Source of the DNA: Promethearchaeum syntrophicum
Lineage (GTDB): Archaea; Asgardarchaeota; Lokiarchaeia; Sigyniarchaeales; Promethearchaeaceae
Length of the DNA stretch: 32,000 nucleotides
Direction: 5' to 3'
NCBI RefSeq assembly: GCF_008000775.2
Contig: NZ_CP042905.2
Span: 90,001 to 122,000 of the forward strand
The notes beneath the pieces were generated by a model. The model did not search any database. It was given only the letters and a program-made list of their open reading frames with translations, and had not been told where the DNA came from. Below are positions 19,300 through 27,375 of this stretch, one piece after another. Positions within the stretch are counted from its first letter, which is position 1, and the number at the start of each line of letters is the position of its first letter. A program made the position numbers and the translations under genes.

Positions 19300-19433
19300 G
19301 ACAACATCACATGAAGTGAAACAGAATGGAAGAAATTGTAGGTTTGATATAGGTAGGGGTAATAGAAAGATATTGAAGTAATGTTGGTACGGTTTACAGG
19401 GTAGGGCTTTGTAGTGGGTTTTTAACTTTTTTT
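19300..19433 (+). repeat. Dispersed ~125-nt intergenic repeat, copy 4 of 4
   Basis: GACAACATCACATGAAGTGAAACAGAATGGAAGAAATTGTAGGTTTGATATAGGTAGGGGTAATAGAAAGATATTGAAGTAATGTTGGTACGGTTTACAGGGTAGGGCTTTGTAGTGGGTTTTT; begins 11 nt after the PIN stop codon. Confidence 0.9.
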
Positions 19434-19437
19434 CTTA

Positions 19438-19572
19438 GTTTGGGATAATCTATTCGATTTAATACTTATCCCGCAATCGTTTTTGTAGGAATTTTCTTCC
19501 ATTATAAAATTGGCTCCCAGGAGACCTACTTTTTTCAAGCCGAGTTCTTTGATCTTAGAAGCCGCAGCCATT
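19438..19572 (-). pseudogene. Relic of an Asp/Glu racemase-family gene, paralogous to 20632-21348
   Basis: TCCATTATAAAATTGGCTCCCAGGAGACCTACTTTTTTCAAGCCGAGTTCTTTGATCTTAGAAG aligns with 20938-21003. The minus strand reads AASKIKELGLKKVGLLGANFIMEE versus ATASKIKELGLKKVGLLGTMFTMEE, then goes out of frame. Confidence 0.85.
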
Positions 19573-19575
19573 TTT

Positions 19576-20469
19576 CTATGATGAATAACCCAGAGATGTC
19601 ATGGTTTTTTTGATATAGGTGATGTATCGGGGAAAGAACCACGAAATAAAATGCATTTCATTCTCTTTCATATTTGATCGTTCTAATGCATTATAGTAAG
19701 CTTTTCTGTATTTAGCATCAAGATCATATAACGGAAAATCTTCCCAATAGAGGATATAGTTTGTGAGTAGACGCGTAATTCGTCCATTTCCATCTTCAAA
19801 AGGATGGATAGACACAAATCGAAGATGAAAAATTGCTGCTAAAAAGACCGGATTAAATATTTTTTTCTTGGAAAAGTACCATTCCATTAATTCTCTAAAC
19901 AGTAAATCCACTTCAAAACGAGAAGGAGGGGGAGTATAATCACTTCCACTAATTGTCACCGGACCATTTCGAAACGACCCAGCATGATTTGGTTTGGTTA
20001 GTTGGAAAATTTGCTTATGGTACTTCAAAATGAGATCGTATGAAAGAGTCTCTTGGTTTGATACCATTTGTTCATATGTTTGCATGTGTGCTTTTGTCTC
20101 GATGACATCATTGGCATTGGAATTTGCTGGAATTATTCCATCTTCTAAAATAATTCGAGTATCTCCTTTTGAAAGCGTAGACCCTTCAATTTTATTTGTA
20201 TTGTGAGTAAATCGAATCCCAAAGGAACGAAGATTTTTCTTTTGTAAAAAATCAGATAATCCGTTCTTTTTTGAAGCATAAATTGTTTGCAATTCATTAA
20301 TCTCTTTTAACCATCGATGGTTTACATACTCATAGATAAATTTTTCTTTATCTTGTAGAGAGGGTTTGGTTTTTCCTATATATTTTTCAAAGTTTTTAAC
20401 CCCATCATCGCGGTATGTATGGATCAGATAGTAAAATCCTTTTTTTTGTTTGATTTGCACTGAGATCAC
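19576..20469 (-). CDS. Fic-domain protein (putative AMPylase) with an N-terminal inhibitory-type motif
   Basis: HPFEDGNGRITR matches HPFx(D/E)GNGRxxR; TNKIEG matches the (S/T)xxxE(G/N) inhibitory motif; LNYILYW...YYNALERSN is Fic-like. Confidence 0.9.
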   Translation of the reverse strand: MISVQIKQKKGFYYLIHTYRDDGVKNFEKYIGKTKPSLQDKEKFIYEYVNHRWLKEINELQTIYASKKNGLSDFLQKKNLRSFGIRFTHNTNKIEGSTLSKGDTRIILEDGIIPANSNANDVIETKAHMQTYEQMVSNQETLSYDLILKYHKQIFQLTKPNHAGSFRNGPVTISGSDYTPPPSRFEVDLLFRELMEWYFSKKKIFNPVFLAAIFHLRFVSIHPFEDGNGRITRLLTNYILYWEDFPLYDLDAKYRKAYYNALERSNMKENEMHFISWFFPRYITYIKKTMTSLGYSS

Positions 20470-20587
20470 CCTTACATTTTGAATGAAAATATGCTATAAT
20501 AAAATATTGTAAGGGGAACTTTATATATTTTACCCTTACATTTCGAATGAAAATATGCTAAAATAACATAATGTAAGGAGAACTTTA
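20469..20587. repeat. Two tandem ~64-nt units, each with inverted CCTTACA...TGTAAGG ends, upstream of fic
   Basis: Unit A CCCTTACATTTTGAATGAAAATATGCTATAATAAAATATTGTAAGGGGAACTTTAT (20469); unit B CCCTTACATTTCGAATGAAAATATGCTAAAATAACATAATGTAAGGAGAACTTTAT (20533). Confidence 0.85.
20518..20533 (-). promoter_or_regulatory. Putative TATA box for fic
   Basis: Minus strand reads GTAAAATATATAAAGTTCC about 50-60 nt upstream of the GTG start of fic, between the two inverted-repeat units. Confidence 0.45.
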
Positions 20588-20631
20588 TGATAGTCGGTGA
20601 TATATAGGTTTCTATCTGGATTTCTCTTGAC

Positions 20632-21348
20632 TTATTTTTCCAATGCTTTTTCAATTGCATATTCAACATGTAACTGCGTAGTATCAAAAATAGGAATTGG
20701 AGAATCATCCGGTTTGATTAATAGGGGAATTTCAGTGCATCCTAGAATGACCCCTTCAGCGCCATTTTTCTGGAGATTTAAAATGGTTTGTTTATATATT
20801 TCTCGTGATGAATCGGTGATTTTTCCCAAAATCAATTCATTAAAGATGATTCGATCTACTTCCTTACGTTCTTCTTGGTTCGGGATAATCAGTTCTATCT
20901 GATGGCAATCTAGCAATCGTTTTCTGTAAAAATCTTCTTCCATTGTAAACATGGTTCCCAAGAGCCCTACTTTTTTCAAACCGAGTTCTTTGATCTTAGA
21001 AGCAGTAGCGTCTGCAATATGATAGATAGGAATTTGTATGTGGGATTGAATTGAGGGGAGTAATTTATGCATAGTGTTTGTGCAAATAAGGATAAAATCA
21101 GCACCTGCATGTTCTAATTTTTGAGCGATAATGGTTAATTGGTTTGTAATTTCATCCCACTTATTGTTGTGCATCCAAAATTCAATTGGTTTAAAATCGA
21201 CAGAATAGAGGAGGCACTGTGCAGAGCTCAATCCCCCTAATTTTTCTTTAATCATTTCATTGAGAATGCGGTAATATTCTAAGGATGATTCCCAGCTCAT
21301 TCCACCAATTAATCCGATAGTTTTCATCTTGGTTAATTTAGAGGTCAA
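20632..21348 (-). CDS. Aspartate/glutamate racemase family protein
   Basis: KTIGLIGGMSWESSLEYYRILNE...GADFILICTNTMHK...GVILGCTEIPLLI, both catalytic Cys contexts present. Confidence 0.9.
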   Translation of the reverse strand: MTSKLTKMKTIGLIGGMSWESSLEYYRILNEMIKEKLGGLSSAQCLLYSVDFKPIEFWMHNNKWDEITNQLTIIAQKLEHAGADFILICTNTMHKLLPSIQSHIQIPIYHIADATASKIKELGLKKVGLLGTMFTMEEDFYRKRLLDCHQIELIIPNQEERKEVDRIIFNELILGKITDSSREIYKQTILNLQKNGAEGVILGCTEIPLLIKPDDSPIPIFDTTQLHVEYAIEKALEK

Positions 21349-21370
21349 AATTTTTTAAATCTATCGAGTT

Positions 21371-22057
21371 ATGTTTCTACTGGATTCTAAAGAGATGATG
21401 AATTTTAGATTATTATTGAGAATGGTTATTAAAGCATATAAAATCCAGTTTGATCAAATTGTTTTTGCATCAGATGAAGCGGAAGTTCAGAAGAATTGCC
21501 AAACTCCATATAAAAATCATCCAAATGGGTGCCCAAATTATAAAAATAATTGGAGCTGCCCACCTTATGCTCCAACAGTTCAAAAGACTCAACAATCCTT
21601 AGAAAATTATCGCTTTTTTTGGATGTTGGTTTTAAAAACCCCGATCCCAAAGATTAACACTAAATTTTTAAAGAAATGGAAAATAAAGCGTGTAAATATG
21701 AGGATTACAAAAACATTGAATAATTATTTAAGTTATCTTCAATCTAACCATCGAGATTGGAAATTCTATTATTGTTCCGAATGTAATTTGTGTTCAGAAA
21801 AAAATTATTCCAAATGCACTTGCCCCACAGATCCTTGCAGGTTTCCAAACAAATTTCGGATATCTCCCGAAGCAGCAGGAATTGATGTTTTTGCCAGCTT
21901 AAAAAAAATTAATATTCTGATTGAAATGGATCCAATTACCAATCTGCAACGGATAGGAATGTGTGCTACTGATGAAAATGTTGATTTTGCAGTAGAATAT
22001 AAAAAATTTGAAAATCAATTATCCATCTTGAATAAAATCGATAGTCTTGGAACGTAG
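21371..22057 (+). CDS. DUF2284-like Cys-rich metal-binding protein
   Basis: CPNYKNNWSCPPYAP...CSECNLCSEKNYSKCTCPTDPCRFPNKFRISPEAAGIDVFASLKK is a DUF2284-type cysteine pattern. Confidence 0.8.
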   Translation: MFLLDSKEMMNFRLLLRMVIKAYKIQFDQIVFASDEAEVQKNCQTPYKNHPNGCPNYKNNWSCPPYAPTVQKTQQSLENYRFFWMLVLKTPIPKINTKFLKKWKIKRVNMRITKTLNNYLSYLQSNHRDWKFYYCSECNLCSEKNYSKCTCPTDPCRFPNKFRISPEAAGIDVFASLKKINILIEMDPITNLQRIGMCATDENVDFAVEYKKFENQLSILNKIDSLGT

Positions 22058-22067
22058 GGGGTTTCTT

Positions 22068-22583
22068 TCATGGTTTTTCGTCTCTTAATTTCAATATTTC
22101 AATTTTCTCCTTGGGTCTTCGATGAGAAATAGTATTTGCTATCAATTGGATGATCCACAACACCAATAATACTATCCCCCAAGGTTGACTTTCTGCCCAG
22201 ATCATCATAACAATTCCATAATTTACTGCATAATACAAGATCAGATAAGGAACTAGTAGATACCAGATATTTCGGAATTCTATTTTTAGGATAAAATCAA
22301 ATATTGCTTCTAATCCAATATATAGTAGAAAAATTGCGCAAAATATACCGTTACTTGATGGACGTTCGTTTAAAACTGATAAAATCCAAACTATTATTGC
22401 AAATGGTGTTAAACCTAAATAAAAATACCCAATTTTTTGAATAATATCTTTATTTTTCTCAAATCCTTTAAACCTTAAGAAGAAAATAAGAATTAGTAGA
22501 AGATTATGGAGTAAACCCCAGATGATAAGTAAGATCTTAAGCATGTTTCTATGTGAGAATTTGGAATTATTATACATTATGGA
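22068..22583 (-). CDS. Small multi-pass membrane protein
   Basis: Several hydrophobic spans (ILLIIWGLLHNLLLILIFFL, IGYFYLGLTPFAIIVWILS, etc.). The track start at 22769 would overlap the upstream gene by about 200 nt, so a downstream start (MYNNSKFSHRNMLKILL) is more likely; the exact start is approximate. Confidence 0.55.
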   Translation of the reverse strand, partial: SIMYNNSKFSHRNMLKILLIIWGLLHNLLLILIFFLRFKGFEKNKDIIQKIGYFYLGLTPFAIIVWILSVLNERPSSNGIFCAIFLLYIGLEAIFDFILKIEFRNIWYLLVPYLILYYAVNYGIVMMIWAESQPWGIVLLVLWIIQLIANTISHRRPKEKIEILKLRDEKP

Positions 22584-23124
22584 AATTCTTTGAAAACTGT
22601 TTTTCCCAAATTTGAAACGGGATAACTCTATAATGGGGTTTATAGTTTTTTTTATAGGTTTCTGAGTGATGAACGGTTGGAAAGTCGAGTTTTTTAACGT
22701 TTTTAATGAATTCTTCAAGATATTGTTCGTTAAAATTAAAGGGTTGTTTTTTGAGTTCCTTAGCAGCAAAATTCAGATAAGTTTCAAACTTAGTAGCAGG
22801 AATTTTTGAATCTATTTTAGCACCATCAAAAAATGCTTGAGAGATTTTGTGATGGTCGATGTTTTCTGCCTTGCATTTTAATAAGTTAACCCTAATCAAC
22901 GGGAGAGATAAAGTAATATCACTATAAAGCGGACAATTAATATCTGCTTCAATTTGTGACATTTCATTTTCTAACGCCTTCAAACAATCATTGTAGGTTG
23001 TAATCATATGTTCCGCACCATATACAGCTTGAAATAGAAGTTTATAATAATCTTGAAGCTCAGAATTTGGGAAACTTGTGAATTCGTTAGCAAGCAAGTT
23101 ATGAATTTTCTTTTCAATCATCAT
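22570..23124 (-). CDS. Conserved hypothetical protein with an 'LLFQAVYGAEHM' motif
   Basis: 184-aa soluble ORF, HxMI..KKIHNLLANEF...YKLLFQAVYGAEHM...PLIRVNLLKCK. Confidence 0.6.
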   Translation of the reverse strand: MMIEKKIHNLLANEFTSFPNSELQDYYKLLFQAVYGAEHMITTYNDCLKALENEMSQIEADINCPLYSDITLSLPLIRVNLLKCKAENIDHHKISQAFFDGAKIDSKIPATKFETYLNFAAKELKKQPFNFNEQYLEEFIKNVKKLDFPTVHHSETYKKNYKPHYRVIPFQIWEKQFSKNFHNV

Positions 23125-23205
23125 GAACAGAAAGGATAAGCTAATAAAAAAGATTTCAATATAATCAATCCAATCATATAAATTCCTTTCTATTATGGTT
23201 TAATT

Positions 23206-23847
23206 TTGAATTTTTTAATATTTCAAGAAAATAAATTTAAATTACCGAGATATTATGAAATTACAGTGGTTAAGAAGATAAAAAAACGTGAAGAAGATAA
23301 AAATCAATTTATAATAGAGACTGAAAGGTTAATTCTGCGAAACATTGATCTCAAAGATACAGAGACATTTTTAGAATATCGAAATGATCCACTTGTAGCT
23401 AAATATCAGAGCTGGGAGCCACCATTAATTCGAGAGCAAGTAAGTGATTTCATAAATAATTTACAAACTCACAAAATAGGTGAACCGGGAAAGTGGAATC
23501 AAATAGTATGGATTTTAAAGAAAAATTTGGTGCATATTGGAGATTGTGCTTTAAAAGTTCAAGAAGATACCATGCAAGCGGAATTAGGATTTACCTTATC
23601 TCGAAATTATCAGGGGAAAGGATATGCCTATGAAGCTACAAGAGCTTTAATTAATTATGCATTTGAAGAACTCGGTTTACATCGAATATTTTCGATTACT
23701 GATTGTAAAAATACAACTGCGATAAAATTATTAAAAAGCTTGGGAATGAGGCAAGAGGGTCATTTTATTGAAAATATTTTCTTTAAAGGAGCGTGGGGAG
23801 ATGAATTTTTATATGCAATTTTACAAAAGGAATGGAATTATCCATGA
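23206..23847 (+). CDS. GNAT N-acetyltransferase (RimJ/RimL-like)
   Basis: IETERLILRNIDLKDTETF...AELGFTLSRNYQGKGYAYEATRALINYAFEELGLHRIFSITDCKNTTAIKLLKSLGMRQEGHF. Confidence 0.9.
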   Translation: MNFLIFQENKFKLPRYYEITVVKKIKKREEDKNQFIIETERLILRNIDLKDTETFLEYRNDPLVAKYQSWEPPLIREQVSDFINNLQTHKIGEPGKWNQIVWILKKNLVHIGDCALKVQEDTMQAELGFTLSRNYQGKGYAYEATRALINYAFEELGLHRIFSITDCKNTTAIKLLKSLGMRQEGHFIENIFFKGAWGDEFLYAILQKEWNYP

Positions 23848-23985
23848 AAAATTAGTGGATTTACCTAATTTTTAACTATGAATTTAACAGATATCGAGAA
23901 AGGATCAAATTTTTATGATCTGAAAAGAAACTATTGTAAAACATATCAATGTTTTTAACTTATTTTTAAAAAAGTGAGTTTAACC

Positions 23986-24582
23986 ATGCCAAATATATTT
24001 AAATTATCAAAAACAATTGTGAAAGTTATTGCGGGGATTATAACTGTTGCATTTATATTTAATTCTGTTAGTGGGTTGATGGGTTCATTAGATTTTCTTG
24101 ATGGAGAAAGTATAACTCCACAGGATCTTGAACCTGGTGATTTTAAAATCAACTTTAATGAATTAGCTATTGAAATAGGAATAGATATTGAAAATAAAGG
24201 AATATATGACTTTGAAGGGATAATCATCGGTTTAACTTTCGAGATAAAATCCAATATTTCTGAGGTTTGGAATGTGATTCTTAACACTACCTCCGATCAA
24301 TTAAATACTTCTATTTCTTCGGATGGTCAAAGAATTGAACCAGGAGAAAAGGAAAGTATTCTTTTGAATGCGACAATCGATGATTTCGCTTTGGATCCTA
24401 ATCAAATTGCTATATTATTTGGATTAAATGCATCTTCTTGGGATATAGTAGAACTTTTTGAAGTGGATTTTGAAATACGTATGAACTTAAGATTTAGTAT
24501 TGATTACGCCTTTGATCAATATCAATTGGATTTCGATTTATCCTTAGATAATGACGTACTAAAAGGAGGATTTGTGCTATGA
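23986..24582 (+). CDS. Hypothetical membrane-anchored protein, first gene of a three-gene operon
   Basis: N-terminal hydrophobic span VIAGIITVAFIFNSVSGLMG, then a beta-rich region. ATG at 23986 preferred over track start 23974. Shares a 4-nt ATGA overlap with the next gene. Confidence 0.6.
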   Translation: MPNIFKLSKTIVKVIAGIITVAFIFNSVSGLMGSLDFLDGESITPQDLEPGDFKINFNELAIEIGIDIENKGIYDFEGIIIGLTFEIKSNISEVWNVILNTTSDQLNTSISSDGQRIEPGEKESILLNATIDDFALDPNQIAILFGLNASSWDIVELFEVDFEIRMNLRFSIDYAFDQYQLDFDLSLDNDVLKGGFVL

Positions 24583-25100
24583 AAATCTGGTTACGTTCAA
24601 TATTAGCGGTGTTATCCTCAGCGGTTTCTTGGGTGTTATATATATATTTACCAGAATATCTGCTAAAATTTGTTAGTGGTAATGGAATAACACTTCCTAT
24701 TGCAACTATTGATATCGGAAGTTTTGATCAATTAGTATTTTATGTTAAATCTATTGGTTATATGATTGTGGGTATTACTTTTGCCCATTCAATGGCTGAA
24801 AAAGACACTAAAATCAAACCAATATGGCATCTAATTCGCGTATTTTTCAAAATCCTTTTTTGGGGATTATTTATTTTTGTTGATTTTAGCACGATAGATG
24901 TAAACGCGCTTCTATCCCCAGGAATTGAGCTGGGAATGACAATAAATCTAACTGTATTATTCTGGTTTATGATGGGCGGTATAATTTTTGATATAATAGC
25001 CACAATTTTTGATTTCTTAGCAGCATTTATTCCTGAGAAAGAAAAAAAGGAAAAAATCCCGAAAAATAGAGAAATAGAAAATGAGATGGAGGAGATTTAA
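24579..25100 (+). CDS. Hypothetical multi-pass membrane protein
   Basis: Four hydrophobic spans; start overlaps upstream stop (ATGA); charged C-terminus EKKEKIPKNREIENEMEEI. Confidence 0.65.
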   Translation: MKIWLRSILAVLSSAVSWVLYIYLPEYLLKFVSGNGITLPIATIDIGSFDQLVFYVKSIGYMIVGITFAHSMAEKDTKIKPIWHLIRVFFKILFWGLFIFVDFSTIDVNALLSPGIELGMTINLTVLFWFMMGGIIFDIIATIFDFLAAFIPEKEKKEKIPKNREIENEMEEI

Positions 25101-25101
25101 A

Positions 25102-25368
25102 ATGGTTTCACCAAGTGATATTTCAAAATTCTTTGAACCTATTGTACCGTATATTAATTGGATAATTTTATTCATTACGCCAATTTATATTGCGATAGGT
25201 GAATTTTTCTCGAAGATTGCTATAGCTTTTATTTCAGTCTTACCGTCAGACTCATTAGTCCTTCCTATCATCGTAATGATTATTTTTATTGGATTAGGTA
25301 TATTATTTGGAATAAAACCTGATATATTGGAAGGTATATTCAAGAAGAAATCAGATAATGAAAACTAA
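25102..25368 (+). CDS. Small membrane protein
   Basis: ATG at 25102 with GGAGG Shine-Dalgarno at about 25089; MVSPSDISKFFEPIVPYINWIILFITPIYIAIGEFF...; the track start at 25081 is less likely. Confidence 0.6.
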   Translation: MVSPSDISKFFEPIVPYINWIILFITPIYIAIGEFFSKIAIAFISVLPSDSLVLPIIVMIIFIGLGILFGIKPDILEGIFKKKSDNEN

Positions 25369-25416
25369 TGTTATTTTCGTTAATTTTTTTTGTTTATTTT
25401 AATTTCTAACTATTAT

Positions 25417-25815
25417 ATGTTAGATTTTATTAAGATTGCAATAGGTGTGGGAGAGCAAGATGAAATTTTTAACAAAGGGCATTTTGGTGAATCGAAGAAA
25501 TTTTTTGTTTACCAATACAATATACACAGTAAGAAACTCGAATTATTAAATTCGTATACAAATACATCCCCCGAAGAAAAAAAACATGCGGATCCAGACA
25601 AAGCGAGAAATGTTTCATCTATTATTGGGGAGGTTGATTGCATACTCGCCCATGCTTTAGGACAGAATATTATTAGAATGAGGAAGAAATATCTAATTTT
25701 AATATCTCGATCTCTATATATTAAAGAAGCTCTCAACAAATTTCCTGAAAACATTGAATTAATCCTACAAGAAATGGCTAAAAAAAATGAAGAGCGAAAA
25801 GTTCTCAAAATCTAA
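25417..25815 (+). CDS. NifX/dinitrogenase iron-molybdenum cofactor family-like protein
   Basis: KIAIGVGEQDEIFNKGHFGESKKFFVYQYN...ARNVSSIIGEVDCILAHALGQNIIRMRKKYLI fits the NifX-like domain pattern. Confidence 0.55.
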   Translation: MLDFIKIAIGVGEQDEIFNKGHFGESKKFFVYQYNIHSKKLELLNSYTNTSPEEKKHADPDKARNVSSIIGEVDCILAHALGQNIIRMRKKYLILISRSLYIKEALNKFPENIELILQEMAKKNEERKVLKI

Positions 25816-25846
25816 TATATAAATAAAGATAATTAGGTGAGGAAAA

Positions 25847-26332
25847 ATTATTTTTCAACCAATTGGAACTATTCATACACCCTATATTGATGAAGCCCCA
25901 TATCAACCACTAAAGGATGATAAAGGAGAATTCTATATAGTTCTCCAAGAAACACTTACTCCAGCGTTAGAAGGTTTAAATCATTTTAAATATATTTATA
26001 TTATTTATTTTATTGACAAATTACCAAAAACAGAAGTTAATCTTAATATAAATCCACCTTGGATAGAAAACATAGAAATTGGACTATTTGCATCTAGAGC
26101 ACCTAATCGACCAAATCCAATAGGATTAAGTATAGTAAAAATAAAAAAAATTGAGAAAAATATAATTTATACTTCAGGGTTGGATGTTCTTGATAATACA
26201 CCATTACTGGATATCAAACCTTATATTCGAGAGTTAGATTCAAAATCAGATGCCAACTATGGATGGTTGAATTTTGAAAATGAAGAAGATAAAGGTCATT
26301 TATTACTGCATATTAAAGGAATTCCACATTAA
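25847..26332 (+). CDS. TrmO/TsaA-like tRNA methyltransferase, apparently with an ATT start codon; absent from the ORF track
   Basis: Forward frame reads IIFQPIGTIHTPYIDEAPYQP...ALEGLNHFKYIYIIYFI...NIEIGLFASRAPNRPNPIGLSIVKIKKIEKNIIYTSGLDVLDNTPLLDIKPYI...*. Upstream GGTGAGG Shine-Dalgarno; in-frame TGA at 25838-25840 excludes a further upstream start. Confidence 0.85.
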   Translation: MIFQPIGTIHTPYIDEAPYQPLKDDKGEFYIVLQETLTPALEGLNHFKYIYIIYFIDKLPKTEVNLNINPPWIENIEIGLFASRAPNRPNPIGLSIVKIKKIEKNIIYTSGLDVLDNTPLLDIKPYIRELDSKSDANYGWLNFENEEDKGHLLLHIKGIPH

Positions 26333-26471
26333 ATTTCAAATCCCTAATATTTAATTAGAATATTTAAATTTGTATAATTAAATGTTTTTAACAAATAATA
26401 AAAGCAGAAATCTCAATAAAATTAATAAAATATGCTTAAATTTTAATATAAATAAAAAATGTGAATAAATT

Positions 26472-26849
26472 ATGGCTTCCTCCGTTTTAATCGATGAATT
26501 ATGGATAATTAAACCAGATGGTACTACGATTTTAAACGAACGAAAAGACTTAACGATAGATGAACAATTGTTTGGAGGATTACTTGTAGCAATTAATTCT
26601 TTTTTAATTGAGATTGGGTTAGAGCAATGCCAAACAATTATTACAGAAAACGCAAAATTAACAATTCTTTATTCAACAAGTCCTTCATTAATTTTTATTG
26701 CTCGATCTAGCCCAATTGCCTCTGAAAAAGATATGAATGCAAAATTACATGCAATTCGATCAACATTTATGACTCATTTTAAGAATTGGGCAAAAGACCA
26801 ATATATAATTGATAAGAAAACAAAAGCATTATTTATTTCATTACTATAA
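26472..26849 (+). CDS. Longin/roadblock-like small domain protein (Asgard signature type)
   Basis: VLIDELWIIKPDGTTILNERK...DEQLFGGLLVAINSFLIEIGLEQCQTIITENAKLTILYS...LIFIARSSP pattern, alternating beta/alpha. Confidence 0.45.
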   Translation: MASSVLIDELWIIKPDGTTILNERKDLTIDEQLFGGLLVAINSFLIEIGLEQCQTIITENAKLTILYSTSPSLIFIARSSPIASEKDMNAKLHAIRSTFMTHFKNWAKDQYIIDKKTKALFISLL

Positions 26850-27073
26850 TTCTAAAATTTCTCTTTTCATGATCTTTCGGATTTTAAATATATTACTGAA
26901 TTTAAATTTCAAAGGTGTATGTAAAAATTCACGGGTTTTTTCGGAAATTCAGACAGGAAAATAATTAACAAATCAGCATAATTATAAAAAAATCTTTCAA
27001 AATGATGAAATTTAAACTTATTATTAAGGAACTTCTAAATTAGAAAAATAAATATTTGATGTGAGAAGAAGAT

Positions 27074-27337
27074 ATGAGGAAAATTCATTTAGTTTGTCCA
27101 ATTTGCCAAAGAAATAAGAGAATCAAAATTCCTGATAAAATTTTTAATAAAGATGAAGGTTCTCTGTTAAGATTACCAATTGAAAAATTTGAAATATGCC
27201 CCCACCAATTTATCGCTGTTATTGATTATAATTTTTCTGTAAGAGATTATGAAATTGTTGATAATGATGAATTATTCCAATACTATTTGGAAAAAACTCA
27301 TAATCAAATTTCTAATTATGATTTTTCTTATTTTTAA
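27074..27337 (+). CDS. Small zinc-binding-like hypothetical protein
   Basis: CPICQRNKRIKIP...FEICPHQFIAVIDYNFSVRDYEIVD; CxxC plus C/H. Confidence 0.55.
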   Translation: MRKIHLVCPICQRNKRIKIPDKIFNKDEGSLLRLPIEKFEICPHQFIAVIDYNFSVRDYEIVDNDELFQYYLEKTHNQISNYDFSYF

Positions 27338-27375
27338 CTTAAATTATATAATATCTCGTTTGATGAAGGGGATTT

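Noticed and set aside
20472-20708. 78-aa minus-strand ORF MILQFLFLILRSYM...
   Set aside because: It crosses the duplicated inverted-repeat units and overlaps the 3' end of the racemase gene; biased composition and no plausible initiation context.
23955-24287. 110-aa minus-strand ORF
   Set aside because: Fully antisense to the better-supported operon gene 23986-24582, which has an ATGA overlap with its neighbour.
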